Shown here: piece by piece, positions 18,258 through 27,303 of the stretch | Position numbering within the stretch: the stretch's first letter is position 1 | Layout: each line of letters begins with the position of its first letter | The notes under the pieces: model-generated | Databases searched by the model: none | What the model saw: the letters and a program-made list of their open reading frames with translations, nothing else | Told to the model about the DNA's origin: nothing | Assembly (NCBI GenBank): GCA_024281175.1 | Contig: JAMJTW010000031.1 | Span: 20,100-84,099, forward strand | Reading direction: 5' to 3' | Source of the DNA: Candidatus Thiovulum imperiosus | GTDB lineage: Bacteria; Campylobacterota; Campylobacteria; Campylobacterales; Thiovulaceae | DNA length: 64,000 bases | Position numbers and translations under genes: made by a program

Positions 18258-18402
18258 AGATTTTTTAGTAAAGTATAATGGAGAGGTCTTCTTTTTCTGA
18301 AAAATTTGTATTTTTTATGAGAATTAGTTTTATGGTAGAATTCCTTAAATCAAGTAGAAACTTGGAATTTCTATTTGAAAACTTGAATTAAGGAAAAAAC
18401 TA

Positions 18403-19155
18403 ATGAGCGAGAATTATAACACATCTTTGTTTGAAATGGTAGAGGGTGAACTTAGAATTTCTCATCTTGTAATTGCTAGTATAATAAATAGCCAACCAGC
18501 TTCAGTTAGCAAACTAATTACGAATTATAGTGAAGAGTTAAGCAATTTAGGAAAGATAGCATCAAAAAAATCTAAGAAAAAAGTATATTTTCTTAATAGA
18601 AAACAGTTGAATTTAATGTTTTACATTATAAAAATGCCATCTGCTAACTTATTTATATTAGCCTCAAAATTCAATGACTCTTTTAAAGCGATAGAGGAAT
18701 TTTCCAAAGAAGATAATGTCGATACAAGAAAAGGTTTTGTTTATGTTGCTGAGTTTGATAATGGGAATTTGAAAGTTGGACATTCAATAAATCCTACTCA
18801 GAGATTAAGAAATTTAGAGACTCAATCTGGCAATAATATTATTAAATACTCTCTTTTTGAATTTAAAACCAAAAATGAAAGTTTAAAAGCTGAAACAGAC
18901 CTTTTGCGAAACTTGAAAGAGTGGCGAATAATTGGAGAATATATTGGTAGAAGCTATGAATATGTAGTTGAAACTGCGAAGGAAATTTTAAAGGCTTTCA
19001 ACTATACAGAGAAGATTTTTCTCTTTTACAACTACTCAACTTTACGAACATATTTTCAAAAGCAAAATTGGAAACCAGATATTTTACAAGAGATACTTAG
19101 AAGTAGCCAAAGTAGAGTGCCCACTCTGAGTATAGTTACTAAAAAAGCTATTTAG
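18403..19155 (+). CDS. Rha-like N-terminal DNA-binding region fused to a T5orf172 (GIY-YIG-like) domain
   Basis: GFVYVAEFDNGNLKVGHSINPTQRLRNLE matches the T5orf172 core pattern. The N-terminus (RISHLVIASIINSQPASVSKLI) looks like a phage Rha/HTH region. Confidence 0.7.
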   Translation: MSENYNTSLFEMVEGELRISHLVIASIINSQPASVSKLITNYSEELSNLGKIASKKSKKKVYFLNRKQLNLMFYIIKMPSANLFILASKFNDSFKAIEEFSKEDNVDTRKGFVYVAEFDNGNLKVGHSINPTQRLRNLETQSGNNIIKYSLFEFKTKNESLKAETDLLRNLKEWRIIGEYIGRSYEYVVETAKEILKAFNYTEKIFLFYNYSTLRTYFQKQNWKPDILQEILRSSQSRVPTLSIVTKKAI

Positions 19156-19255
19156 CAATTCTCAAAAATTCAAAAGTTATCTTAATTTAGAAAAGTTACA
19201 AAAAATAAAGAGTGATTCTTCTATAATTTGTCAGTTTATATAAAAATTTGGAGAA

Positions 19256-20200
19256 TTGATGTTAGATTTAGCAATTATTGGAGGTGGTCCAGCTGGATTA
19301 ACTGCTGGACTTTATGCAACTAGAGGTGGTTTAAAGAGTGTAACAATGTTTGAAAAAGGAGTACCTGGAGGTCAAATAATGAACTCTTCAGAAATTGAGA
19401 ATTATCCAGGTGTTCCAGAGGTAATGAGTGGTATGGATTTGATGGCAAAATGGCCAGAACAGTGTCAGAGATTTGGTCTTAAACATGAGATGATAACTGT
19501 TACACAAGTTACAAGAAATTCTGAAACTGGAATTTTTACAATTCATAAAGAAGATGGAACTACTGAAGATGCTATCTCTGTAATTGTAGGAACAGGTTCT
19601 ACTCCAAAAAGAGCTGGTTTCAAAGGTGAAAATGAGTTTTTTGGAAAAGGAGTTTCAACTTGTGCAACTTGTGATGGTTTCTTCTATAAAGATAAAGAGG
19701 TAACAGTTATTGGTGGTGGAGATACGGCACTTGAAGAAGCTGTATATCTTGCAGGTATATGTTCAAAAGTTTATCTTGTTCATCGTAGAGATACATTCAG
19801 AGCTGCACCAAGTACAGTTGAGAGAGCAAAAAACACACCAAATATAGAATTTATCGTAAACTCAACTCCTGATGAGGTTTTTGGAGAAGATTTCGCTGGA
19901 GTTCAAGGAATTAAAATTAAAACACCAGAGGGAATTCGACAACTTGATACAACAGGAGTTTTCATCTTTGTTGGAAATGATGTAAATAATGGAGTTTTAA
20001 AACAAGATGATGGCTCTTTCCTTTGTGATATTACAGAGTGGGGAGAAGTTGTTGTAAACCTTAAGATGGAGACTTCAATTCACGGTCTTTACGCTACTGG
20101 GGATATGAGACTTGATGCACCAAAACAAGTTGTTGTTGCTGCTGGAGATGGTTCTACTGCTGCAATTGGCGCAATCTCTTATGTTATGGAAAACAAGTAG
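19256..20200 (+). CDS. trxB: Thioredoxin-disulfide reductase
   Basis: GGGPAG FAD motif, redox CATCDG, and [15 protein letters not shown] motif. The likely true start is the ATG at 19259. Confidence 0.95.
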   Translation: MMLDLAIIGGGPAGLTAGLYATRGGLKSVTMFEKGVPGGQIMNSSEIENYPGVPEVMSGMDLMAKWPEQCQRFGLKHEMITVTQVTRNSETGIFTIHKEDGTTEDAISVIVGTGSTPKRAGFKGENEFFGKGVSTCATCDGFFYKDKEVTVIGGGDTALEEAVYLAGICSKVYLVHRRDTFRAAPSTVERAKNTPNIEFIVNSTPDEVFGEDFAGVQGIKIKTPEGIRQLDTTGVFIFVGNDVNNGVLKQDDGSFLCDITEWGEVVVNLKMETSIHGLYATGDMRLDAPKQVVVAAGDGSTAAIGAISYVMENK

Positions 20201-20221
20201 AATTTTCTCTTTGGGCGAACG

Positions 20222-20257
20222 CGAAGAGTCCAAGAAAAAGACTCTTCGGTCACTCCC
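20222..20257. repeat. GAGTC-hairpin module plus a solo terminal repeat half
   Basis: CGAAGAGTC-CAAGAAAAA-GACTCTTCG followed by GTCACTCCC. Confidence 0.55.
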
Positions 20258-20275
20258 GAAAATCTGAATTAGAAA

Positions 20276-21007
20276 ATGAGCTTATCACTAGATTTTAGAA
20301 ACAACATCTTCTCTTTAAACAAACTTCAGCTACCAAGTAGATACTACTATTTTAAAGAACCAGAAAACTATATAAAATTCTTAACAGTTGGAGAGGGTCT
20401 TTTTCCAAAAGATAGAGTGAAAACAGAGATATCTTTGGAAAACTCATCTGCAATTTTTTCAACAGAATCGGCAACAAAAATCTATTCCAGCAAAAAAGAG
20501 TTTGCAGTAAATCAGATTCAAATAGAGTTAGTAAATTCAAATTTTGAATTTCTGAATGATGAACTAATTCTATTTAGCGATGCGAAATTTCTTCAATTTC
20601 TAAAAGTGAAGTCAGATGCAAATTCTACATTTTTTTATGGTGATATTTTAAGTCGAGGTAGAAGTTTTGAGAATTTCGATTTTGAAGTTTTAGGGACTAA
20701 AAATAGCTTTTTTTTAGATGGAAAATTGGAGTATTTAGAAAAATATACTAAAAGTGGTGATGAGGTAAAGGAGTATCTGAAAAGGCATAACTCGGAAACT
20801 CTTTTTGCAAAAGTTTATATCAGAACGAGTAGAAATATAGATTTTTTAAATCTCTTAAAAGGAAGTTTCTCTTTTTCAAAAAATAGAAAGATGATACTTG
20901 GAGTTTATAGCGGAAACATGGTGGAACTAAAAAAGTGGCTACACAATATCTGGAGACTTTATAGAGAATTTCATGGTAAAACAAATTTCAATTTGGGAAA
21001 ACAGTGA
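20276..21007 (+). CDS. ureD: Urease accessory protein UreD/UreH (divergent)
   Basis: VGEGLFPKDRV and TESATKIY parallel the H. pylori UreH blocks VSPGLMKGD and SQSFEKIH. Length and context fit, with a nickel permease overlapping downstream. Confidence 0.6.
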   Translation: MSLSLDFRNNIFSLNKLQLPSRYYYFKEPENYIKFLTVGEGLFPKDRVKTEISLENSSAIFSTESATKIYSSKKEFAVNQIQIELVNSNFEFLNDELILFSDAKFLQFLKVKSDANSTFFYGDILSRGRSFENFDFEVLGTKNSFFLDGKLEYLEKYTKSGDEVKEYLKRHNSETLFAKVYIRTSRNIDFLNLLKGSFSFSKNRKMILGVYSGNMVELKKWLHNIWRLYREFHGKTNFNLGKQ

Positions 21008-21624
21008 TGGAAATTATAGTTTGGTATGGAATTCTCCACGCTTTTGGACCCGACCACCTGTCGGCAATTGCTGACTTTTCAATAGGGAAGAGTAGAAAAA
21101 AGACTTTTGCCATCACCACTGCTTTTGCGATTGGTCATGGAGTTATGCTTTTTCTCTTTGCAAAAATTTTGGAGATGTGGAATATTTCAGAGGAGCTTTT
21201 AGGGTATGGAGATATGATTAGCTCACTTGTAATCCTATTTATGGGAATTTATCTCCTCTTTATGGTTTTTACAAAAAGAGTTCTGCTTTCAAAACACTCC
21301 CACAATGGAAAAGAGCATATTCACATAAGTTTTGGAAAACACAATCACAAAGAGAATATTTCAGCTTTCTCAATTGGAGCTTTAATGGGAATTGGTGGAG
21401 TTAGAGGAATGCTTGTTACTCTTGGGGTGATAGAGAGCAGTAGTGTAGATTTGTATTTACTCTTCGCTTTTGTATTTGGAGTGAGTCTTGTTTTTCTCTC
21501 TTTTGGTTTTGTGATAAATTTTATAAATGAGAAACTTCTGCACTCCCAAAAAAGTGTAGAGAGAGTTTTTGGAACAGTTGGTTTAGTTTCAGTTGCGGTT
21601 GGAACAAGTATGATTTTAGGATAA
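21004..21624 (+). CDS. NicO/UreH-type nickel permease (NiCoT-like)
   Basis: HX4DH signature HAFGPDH in the first TM, a His-rich loop HSHNGKEHIHISFGKHNH, and about 6 TM helices. Overlaps ureD by 4 nt. Confidence 0.7.
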   Translation: MMEIIVWYGILHAFGPDHLSAIADFSIGKSRKKTFAITTAFAIGHGVMLFLFAKILEMWNISEELLGYGDMISSLVILFMGIYLLFMVFTKRVLLSKHSHNGKEHIHISFGKHNHKENISAFSIGALMGIGGVRGMLVTLGVIESSSVDLYLLFAFVFGVSLVFLSFGFVINFINEKLLHSQKSVERVFGTVGLVSVAVGTSMILG

Positions 21625-21664
21625 GGAAAAAGCGGAGTTTCTTTTTCCTCCTCCTTTTGGGGAT

Positions 21665-22108
21665 TTATAATTTCTGTTCTAACTTTTCAAGAAACTTAAT
21701 AGTCTCTTTTCTATTTATAAAATCATCTTTTGAGTGTTGAATAACTCTTTGAAGTAGTTCTCTATCTTCCACTTTTCTAAAAAGCTCTAAAACTTCAGTC
21801 TCAAATTTTGGTAGGTGTTGAGAGATAATAGACCAGACCTCATCAGAGTCAATACCGAAATATTCGTGTACAACAAGATTACGAAAATTGACAATCATTC
21901 GATAGTTAGAGGAGAGAAGTTCACCATTAATTAGGTGTTTTGTAGCTTCACCAATTATCTGCAACTCTCTCATTGTTGCATCAAAACTTTTCTCATCATA
22001 ATAGAAATCTTCACCATCACTAAATTCAGATGTGTATCTTTTGATTTTATCAATTGAGATAAGTATATCGACGATAAAAAACTCTAAAACTCTTTTAGAC
22101 ATAGACAA
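21665..22108 (-). CDS. hepT: HEPN (DUF86) toxin HepT of a type VII toxin-antitoxin pair
   Basis: RX4H motif FRNLVVHEY. Overlaps the upstream MNT gene by 14 nt. Confidence 0.85.
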   Translation of the reverse strand: MSMSKRVLEFFIVDILISIDKIKRYTSEFSDGEDFYYDEKSFDATMRELQIIGEATKHLINGELLSSNYRMIVNFRNLVVHEYFGIDSDEVWSIISQHLPKFETEVLELFRKVEDRELLQRVIQHSKDDFINRKETIKFLEKLEQKL

Positions 22109-22385
22109 GCTCCTTTGAAATCTCCTCTCTTATAAAACCCCTTAATGAGGATAGATAACCAATATCTACGCTTATTCCAAAATAGCTTTCCAGAAATATT
22201 CTAAGCTTTTCACGATTTTCAAAATCTTTTTGGTTTGACTCTATCACGATATCAATATCACTGTTTTCATTAGCTTCATTTCGTGCATAGCTTCCAAAAA
22301 GTCCAATTTTTTCAACTCCAAATTTCTCTTTAAATTCGTTTTTGTGAGACTTTAGGAAAGAGATGATTTCAGTTTTTGAGGTCAT
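22095..22385 (-). CDS. mntA: Minimal nucleotidyltransferase antitoxin MntA
   Basis: GLFGSYARNE...SDIDIVIE nucleotidyltransferase motif. 96 aa. Confidence 0.85.
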   Translation of the reverse strand: MTSKTEIISFLKSHKNEFKEKFGVEKIGLFGSYARNEANENSDIDIVIESNQKDFENREKLRIFLESYFGISVDIGYLSSLRGFIREEISKELVYV

Positions 22386-22483
22386 GGAAAACCTTTTTTA
22401 TGGATTTTAGCGAAATGGGAAAAATGGTTGAGGTTGTTTAAGAGAAAATAAGGTCTCTTCTTTATTTCCCCTTTTTTGGGAAA

Positions 22484-22513
22484 CTAAAGGAGTGTGAAAT
22501 CTCTTTTAGACAT
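22484..22513 (-). pseudogene. Nine-codon remnant of a second HEPN gene
   Basis: ATGTCTAAAAGA overlaps the stop of MNT copy 2 exactly as at the intact junction (22095-22108), but reads MSKRDFTLL-stop and then runs into the duplicated MNT upstream region. Confidence 0.5.
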
Positions 22514-22793
22514 AAATTATCTCATTTTGAATTGATTGTTTGATTTGTTCTCGAACTGTTTTGAAAAGACCTAAGTCTATATTTGGATAGAGGTTATCTT
22601 CTAAAAAATATTTAAAATCATAATACAAATTAAAGTCTGACGGCATTTCAACAACTAAATCAATATCACTGTTTTCAGTTGCTTCATCTCGTGCATAGCT
22701 TCCAAAAAGTCCAATTTTTTGAACTCCAAATCTCTCTCTAAATTCGTTTTTATGAGACTTTAGGAAAGTTATGATTTCAGTTTTTGTGGTCAT
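22506..22793 (-). CDS. Orphan MntA-like nucleotidyltransferase (tandem paralog)
   Basis: GLFGSYARDE...SDIDLVVE motif. The first 48 aa or so and about 55 nt of 5' flank nearly match copy 1. The C-terminal half is diverged. Confidence 0.85.
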   Translation of the reverse strand: MTTKTEIITFLKSHKNEFRERFGVQKIGLFGSYARDEATENSDIDLVVEMPSDFNLYYDFKYFLEDNLYPNIDLGLFKTVREQIKQSIQNEIIYV

Positions 22794-23172
22794 GGAAAAC
22801 CTTTTTTATGGATTTTAGCGAAATGGGGTAGGTGGTTGAGGTTGTTGGAGATAAAGAGAGGGTAATGTTTTCCTTCGTTAAATCTTTATCCTGTCTTTTT
22901 CACGGGATTTTTATATAGAATAATTATTCTTTAATTTCTTAATGAAAGTTCCTACTAATAAATTATCTTTTAATATTTCTTCAAATTTTAATTTACCAGA
23001 AATAGAGAATCGAGCTGAGTGGTTAAAGAGCCTTACTTTTACCGTAAAAGTTGGCTTTATAAAATCTTTATAAAATCTTATAAGGATTTAAAAAACACCC
23101 TTGAGAAATTAGAGGTTTATGAAAAGTGAATTCTCTTCCAAATCTTTTATAAAATTACAATAAGGAGAAGAT

Positions 23173-23853
23173 ATGTTTTTAACAAACCGGGAACAAGAGA
23201 AGTTGATGATCTATACAGCGGGGAAACTTGCTCTGGAGAGAAGAGATAGGGGTTTGAAGCTAAATTACCCTGAAGCAGTTGCAATTCTCAGTAGTTTTAT
23301 TCTTGAGGGTGCTAGAGATGGAAAGAGTGTAGCTGAACTTATGGTTGAAGCTACAAAAGTTCTAAGTGCTGATGAGGTTTTAGATGGAGTAGCAGAGATG
23401 CTTCAGATGGTTCAGACTGAAGCTACTTTCAACGATGGAACAAAACTTGTTACGGTTCACAATCCAATTCCTGTAACAAGTTCTATTGCTGGAGAGTATA
23501 TTATTGATGAGGGTGAAATTGAGCCAAATAGCGGAAAAGAGACTCTCTTTTTAGAAGTTACAAACAGCGGAGATAGACCAGTTCAAGTAGGTTCTCACTA
23601 CCACTTTTTTGAGACCAATTGTGCATTGCAATTTGATAGAGAGAAGGCTTATGGAAAACGGTTAAATATTCCAAGTGGAACATCAGTTCGATTTGAACCA
23701 GGGTCGAGCAAAGAGATATCTCTTATAGATTTTGGTGGAAAGAGATATATCAGTGGGTTTAACGCTCTTGTTGAGGGAGATCTTGAAAGTTCAAAAGAGA
23801 TTGCTATGGAAAGATTAGAGAAATTTTTAGGAGAGTGTGATGAAAATAGATAA
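23173..23853 (+). CDS. ureA: Urease gamma-beta fusion subunit (UreA in Helicobacter nomenclature)
   Basis: The N-terminal 100 aa read [14 protein letters not shown]...TVHNPI (gamma). The following GEI...[17 protein letters not shown]...FEPG is beta. Confidence 0.95.
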   Translation: MFLTNREQEKLMIYTAGKLALERRDRGLKLNYPEAVAILSSFILEGARDGKSVAELMVEATKVLSADEVLDGVAEMLQMVQTEATFNDGTKLVTVHNPIPVTSSIAGEYIIDEGEIEPNSGKETLFLEVTNSGDRPVQVGSHYHFFETNCALQFDREKAYGKRLNIPSGTSVRFEPGSSKEISLIDFGGKRYISGFNALVEGDLESSKEIAMERLEKFLGECDENR

Positions 23854-25528
23854 AAGAAAATACGCTTCAATGTATGGACCAACTGTTGGAGATAGATTTA
23901 GATTAGCTGATACAGAACTTTTTGCTTGTGTTGAGAAGGATTACACAATCTATGGAGAGGAGAGCAAATTTGGTGGTGGAAAAACTATCCGAGATGGAAT
24001 GAGCCAATCTCCAACAGCAGGAAGTGAAGTTTGCGACCTCATCATCACAAATGCAGTTATTATCGACTACACTGGAATTGTAAAAGCTGATATTGGAATT
24101 AAAGATGGTAAAATTGTAGCTATTGGAAAGAGTGGAAACCCAAATAATACAGATGGAATTACAGAGGATTTAGAGATTGGAGCAAATACAGAAATTCTCT
24201 CAGCTGAAGGAAAAATTATTACAGCTGGTGGAATAGATGCTCATATCCATTTTATCTCTCCAGGGCAAATTGATGAAGCTCTACACAGTGGTGTAACAAC
24301 AATGATTGGTGGAGGAACTGGTCCAAATACAGGAACAAATGCAACGACTTGTACTCCAGGGGAGTTTAATATCTCAAAGATGATAGAGTCTGTAAACGAC
24401 CTTCCCCTAAACTTTGGATTTATGGGAAAAGGGAACTCTAGCAACTACGAAACTTTAGCTTCTCAAATTCGAGCTGGAGCGATGGGATTAAAACTTCATG
24501 AAGATTGGGGTACAACTCCAAAAGCGATAGATACTTGCCTAAAAGTTGCTGATGATTTTGATGTTCAAGTTGCAATTCACACAGATACTTTAAATGAGTC
24601 TGGATTTGTTGATAATACTGTAAATGCTTTTAAGGGCAGAACAATCCACACTTTTCACTCTGAAGGTGCAGGAGGTGGTCACGCTCCAGATATTATGAAA
24701 GTTGCTGGACTTGAAAATATTCTCCCATCATCTACAAATCCAACTCTACCATACACAAAAAATACAATAGAAGAGCATCTCGATATGCTTATGGTTTGTC
24801 ACCATTTAAGTCCAAAAATTCCCGAGGATGTCAGTTTTGCAGAGAGCCGAATTCGAGGAAAAACTATCGGTGCTGAAGATGTTCTTCACGATATTGGAGC
24901 TATCTCAATGACAAGTAGCGACTCTCAAGCAATGGGTAGAGTTGGTGAAGTTATTACAAGAACTTGGCAAGTTGCCCACTCTATGAAAGTTCAGAGAGGC
25001 TCTTTAGAGGGAGATAGAGAGTATAACGATAACAATAGAATTAAGAGATATATCGCTAAATATACGATAAATCCTGCTATCGCTTCTGGAATAGATGAGT
25101 ATGTTGGAAGCGTAGAAGTTGGAAAAATAGCTGACTTAGTTCTCTGGAATAGAGCTTTTTTTGGTGTGAAACCTGAAATTATTATCAAAGGTGGATTTAT
25201 CGTAACAGCTATGATGGGAGACTCTAATGCATCTATTCCAACTCCTGAACCAAATTTTTATAGAGATATGTTTGGAAGTTTAGGAAAAGCTGGAGCTAAA
25301 ACAAGTGCTATTTTTGTGGCAAAAGAGAGTCGAGAAGTAGATACAGACAAAGAGGTTTTGGTTGTGAAAAATACGAGAAATATCTCAAAAAAGGATATGA
25401 AACTAAACAGTTTTATTGGAGATATTAGAGTTAATCCTGAAACTTATGATGTTACAGTAGATGGTGAATTGATTGAGTCAAATTATATGACGGAACTCCC
25501 AATGGCTAGGAGATATTTCTTGTTTTAG
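23837..25528 (+). CDS. ureB: Urease alpha subunit (UreB in Helicobacter nomenclature)
   Basis: [28 protein letters not shown] and [13 protein letters not shown] active-site blocks. Overlaps ureA by 17 nt. Confidence 0.95.
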   Translation: MMKIDKRKYASMYGPTVGDRFRLADTELFACVEKDYTIYGEESKFGGGKTIRDGMSQSPTAGSEVCDLIITNAVIIDYTGIVKADIGIKDGKIVAIGKSGNPNNTDGITEDLEIGANTEILSAEGKIITAGGIDAHIHFISPGQIDEALHSGVTTMIGGGTGPNTGTNATTCTPGEFNISKMIESVNDLPLNFGFMGKGNSSNYETLASQIRAGAMGLKLHEDWGTTPKAIDTCLKVADDFDVQVAIHTDTLNESGFVDNTVNAFKGRTIHTFHSEGAGGGHAPDIMKVAGLENILPSSTNPTLPYTKNTIEEHLDMLMVCHHLSPKIPEDVSFAESRIRGKTIGAEDVLHDIGAISMTSSDSQAMGRVGEVITRTWQVAHSMKVQRGSLEGDREYNDNNRIKRYIAKYTINPAIASGIDEYVGSVEVGKIADLVLWNRAFFGVKPEIIIKGGFIVTAMMGDSNASIPTPEPNFYRDMFGSLGKAGAKTSAIFVAKESREVDTDKEVLVVKNTRNISKKDMKLNSFIGDIRVNPETYDVTVDGELIESNYMTELPMARRYFLF

Positions 25529-25602
25529 AAGAGTATTCTTCACAATTCATTCACAAGTTGTTGATAAAATTCTTTTGTAAAAAAATTTCTTAAGGATACT
25601 TA

Positions 25603-26706
25603 ATGAGAAATCGTGTTTTCTCTTTTCTGTTTGCTCTGGTTCTTGGAATCAGTTTTATCTCTTGTGGTGGTGGAGGCGGAGGCTCTGAGTCTTCAGCTGA
25701 AGAATCTACTGAAAAAGCTACTATGTCTATTCGAGTTCCAATGAGTACATTTTCTGACTCTGGATTTAATATCGATAGAGTTTCTGTTACAGTCTCTGGA
25801 AATAGCTACTCTGAAGAGCAGAATCTAACTATCTCTGAAGATTCTGCTACTGGTCTATTTAAATTTTTAGAAGCTGGAACTTATGAAGTCTCTGTTAATG
25901 CTTATGAGGGTGACTATCATGTGGCTGAAGGGAGTGGTGAAGGAGTTGTTGAGGTTGGAAAGACATCAACGGTAAGCGTATCACTTGAGTATCTGGTTGG
26001 AAACTTAGAGGTTACTGTTTCTGAACCTGTAGAGGATGAGTTTAATCAGAGCCGACTACTTCAAGGACTTGTAGCTTGGTATGAGTTTGAAGGGAACGCT
26101 GATGACTCTTCAGGAAACGGGAATGATGGAACTGAATATGGTGGAGTTGGTTATACAAAAGGTGTGATTGGAAAAGCAGGGAGCTTTGATGGGAAAGATG
26201 ATTATGTTAATATAGATGCAGTCCCTGATTTAGGGGAAGACAATTACAGCGTATCCGTATGGATTAATAAGAGTCAAAAATCTATTGAACTTCAGTCAAT
26301 CGTTACTCTTCAAAAACATAGATATTTTTATATGGCATTCAGGGGGAATAATTTAGAAAGTAGAAGTGAACCTAACACAATAAATACTGCCAATAATTAT
26401 GACTATGCAATAACAACAACTGAAGAAGATTATACGGATTCTCAATGGCATAATATGGTTGCTGTTAAAACTAACAATACCTTGATGTTATATGTAGATG
26501 GTGTTTATAAGGGAGAGCCAGTTAATGGTGGTATTTCAATGGATAGGTCAAGCTATGGAGGGTCATCAAGAGTTGGAAGCTATGAATCAGTCTCCGGTTA
26601 CGATCAATATTACCTTAACGGTCTTATCGACGATCTCCGTATCTACAACCGAGCTTTATCCGAAGAGGAAATAAAAGCCCTCTACCAAATGGGAAATAGC
26701 CAGTGA
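25603..26706 (+). CDS. Lipoprotein with C-terminal LamG (laminin-G_3/concanavalin-like) domain
   Basis: Lipobox ISFISC followed by a Gly/Ser linker. LVAWYEFEGNADDSSGNGNDG and LIDDLRIYNRALSEEEI are classic LamG_3 blocks. Confidence 0.8.
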   Translation: MRNRVFSFLFALVLGISFISCGGGGGGSESSAEESTEKATMSIRVPMSTFSDSGFNIDRVSVTVSGNSYSEEQNLTISEDSATGLFKFLEAGTYEVSVNAYEGDYHVAEGSGEGVVEVGKTSTVSVSLEYLVGNLEVTVSEPVEDEFNQSRLLQGLVAWYEFEGNADDSSGNGNDGTEYGGVGYTKGVIGKAGSFDGKDDYVNIDAVPDLGEDNYSVSVWINKSQKSIELQSIVTLQKHRYFYMAFRGNNLESRSEPNTINTANNYDYAITTTEEDYTDSQWHNMVAVKTNNTLMLYVDGVYKGEPVNGGISMDRSSYGGSSRVGSYESVSGYDQYYLNGLIDDLRIYNRALSEEEIKALYQMGNSQ

Positions 26707-27002
26707 CACTAGAAGAGAAGAGGCTGGAAATAGATATTTTTGGCAAACAGATAGATTCTATCAAAGGTAAAATCGATATTCTTCATAAAAAACTGCTTAT
26801 ATTTTTAGGAGTTGGTGCTGGAAGTTGGTTTTATGTTATCAAGTTTGGAGAATCTCAACTATTTGCTTTAAATCTACTAGCAGTTCTCTTCTTTCTAGCT
26901 TTTCTCTTTGCAGGTTTGGGAAACTTTGCAATTATCTTAAAACTTTCCAAGCTTGAAAAAAGATTGTCAGAATTAGAGGAGAAACTAGAAAATGTTAGGT
27001 GA
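26703..27002 (+). CDS. Small two-TM membrane protein with flanking coiled-coil segments
   Basis: 99-aa ORF overlapping the LamG gene by 4 nt. Has two hydrophobic helices. No family recognised. Confidence 0.55.
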   Translation: MTLEEKRLEIDIFGKQIDSIKGKIDILHKKLLIFLGVGAGSWFYVIKFGESQLFALNLLAVLFFLAFLFAGLGNFAIILKLSKLEKRLSELEEKLENVR

Positions 27003-27099
27003 TATTGTAATAGGTCTTATTCCTGTAAGTCTGTTAATTTTGCCATTTGTAGCCTACTTTGCAGTAAAAAACAACTGGAAAATAGTGGATTGGTTCTAA
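26992..27099 (+). CDS. Candidate 35-aa single-TM peptide, not in the ORF track
   Basis: ATG at 26992 overlaps the previous stop, with GGAGGA about 10 nt upstream. Translation is MLGDIVIGLIPVSLLILPFVAYFAVKNNWKIVDWF. Confidence 0.3.
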   Translation: MLGDIVIGLIPVSLLILPFVAYFAVKNNWKIVDWF

Positions 27100-27177
27100 A
27101 TTTTCTCTTCCTTTTTGAAAGAACCATTTCTGCTAAAATCTCCAAATGAATTTAAAAAACAAAAAGGAAGTGACCCA

Positions 27178-27259
27178 CTCTATTTGGTCAGTCCATTAAC
27201 TAAAGAAGCTCTACTTAAAAGCGGAGTAGTAAAATCTAAAGAGTCTAAATTGGACTCTT
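27178..27259. repeat. Solo terminal-repeat half and a GAGTC-hairpin module
   Basis: CTCTATTTGGTCAGTCC at 27178-27194. AAGAGTC-TAAATTG-GACTCTT at 27239-27259. Confidence 0.5.
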
Positions 27260-27303
27260 CATATTTCTGGTAATATAGTACAAAACTTCAAAAGAGAACT
27301 TTA

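Noticed and set aside
22918-22929. Perfect palindrome GAATAATTATTC, and tandem CTTTATAAAAT motifs near 23055-23080, upstream of ureA as possible NikR or other operators
   Set aside because: The region is extremely AT-rich, so short AT palindromes are expected by chance. I saw no matching motif upstream of ureE or ureD.
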